Below, one piece after another: positions 63,246-64,000 of a stretch of 64,000 nt of DNA. This stretch comes from Phoronis australis (Eukaryota; Animalia; Phoronida). Both the position numbers and the translations under genes were made by a program. Where the stretch lies: contig NMRA01000986.1 in assembly GCA_002633005.1 (NCBI GenBank), positions 13,999 to 77,998 of the forward strand, in the 5' to 3' direction. Numbering within the stretch: the stretch's first letter is position 1; the number at the start of each line of letters is the position of its first letter. A model generated the notes under the pieces. The model was given only the letters and a program-made list of their open reading frames with translations, was not told the DNA's origin and searched no databases.

Positions 63246-64000
63246 TAGGCATGTACTGCAATTGGCATAGTCAGCAAACGGATAATATATTGAAGAAGCT
63301 CTGTCAACTAGGACCCGGGGACGGTGTGGTTGATAGTAGTTTCAGGAGTTGAGGAATTGTAGGCTATGAGAGACAACCTTGTGTTCACCAATGTTGTCAG
63401 TGGCGGATCTAGGATATCACAAGGGGAGCCCAACATTTTGTGTGTAAACATTTCCTCAAAGCACGATTGTAGATACGCATAGCACCGAATGGGGGAGGTC
63501 GGGAGAGAGGTTTGCCCCGGGCTCCCGCCCAGGAAATTTTTCTGTTTTTTCCTCTAAAAATCAAGCATTTTTCTTGATTCCAGAAGTATTATACAAGAAA
63601 AAAGGCAAAGAAAAAAACGGAGACAGTGTGAAACAGGAAAAACTGCTTGTGCCACAGACTCTAACTCACGACCTGGTGAATAGGGCGCGCGTACTTTACC
63701 AGTGCACCACCACGATTTAACTCCTAATTTGATACTAAGAGACCTACTTGTTTATGGTCAACAGCGTTTTCGCGCGAAACCTTTTTGTAATGATTATTAC
63801 ATTTTTATATTTTGTGCAATCAGTTCGTAACAAATTTGTTGTATTTAAAATAGTCTTCAATTGCCCAAAAGACCAAATCCGTTTTTGTGTTGGGAATAAA
63901 GACGCGATTGCTTTGGAAATCATCTTAAGTTAAGGTTTGACAAAAAGAGAATTACCGTAATCGTTCGGGTTAACGCCCTGGGCGGTTAAATTGGCGAACC

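Noticed and set aside
63170-63716. Functional tRNA genes
   Set aside because: Only degenerate A/B boxes, with no paired acceptor or anticodon stems; at best SINE heads.

Overview
AT-rich animal (probably marine invertebrate) nuclear DNA, dominated by introns and decayed transposons; most listed ORFs are spurious. Two spliced genes are well supported. (1) A + strand gene at ~1946-7343 with four phase-compatible exons, encoding a short SAMD3-like (PB1-like N-terminus, transposon-accessory type) protein. (2) The 5' part of a + strand ankyrin-repeat gene from ~53147 to 60019, with one repeat per phase-0 exon; three exon+intron units are recent tandem duplicates whose amino-acid changes cluster at the ligand-binding positions. 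A probable minus-strand multi-exon (pseudo)gene of unknown family lies at ~8.5-25 kb, next to a triplicated module with conserved splice donors (24-28 kb). Mobile elements include two Academ, two ISL2EU/Harbinger-group, a Mutator-like MITE, Harbinger-like MITEs, a TA-flanked TIR element carrying a CR1/L2 LINE, a Helentron-like HINE, piggyBac and RTEX-like remnants. The most striking cross-cutting signal is transposon-excision-type footprints. Paralog and allele comparisons inside the window show TA->TACATGTA, TA->TACAGTGTA and TA->TAGGCCTA insertions, reading-frame restoration implies TA->TACTGTA, and one footprint adds two residues to an ankyrin exon in frame. A 1.14 kb duplication around a single N is probably an assembly artefact. 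All family assignments are by motif recognition; no searches were run.
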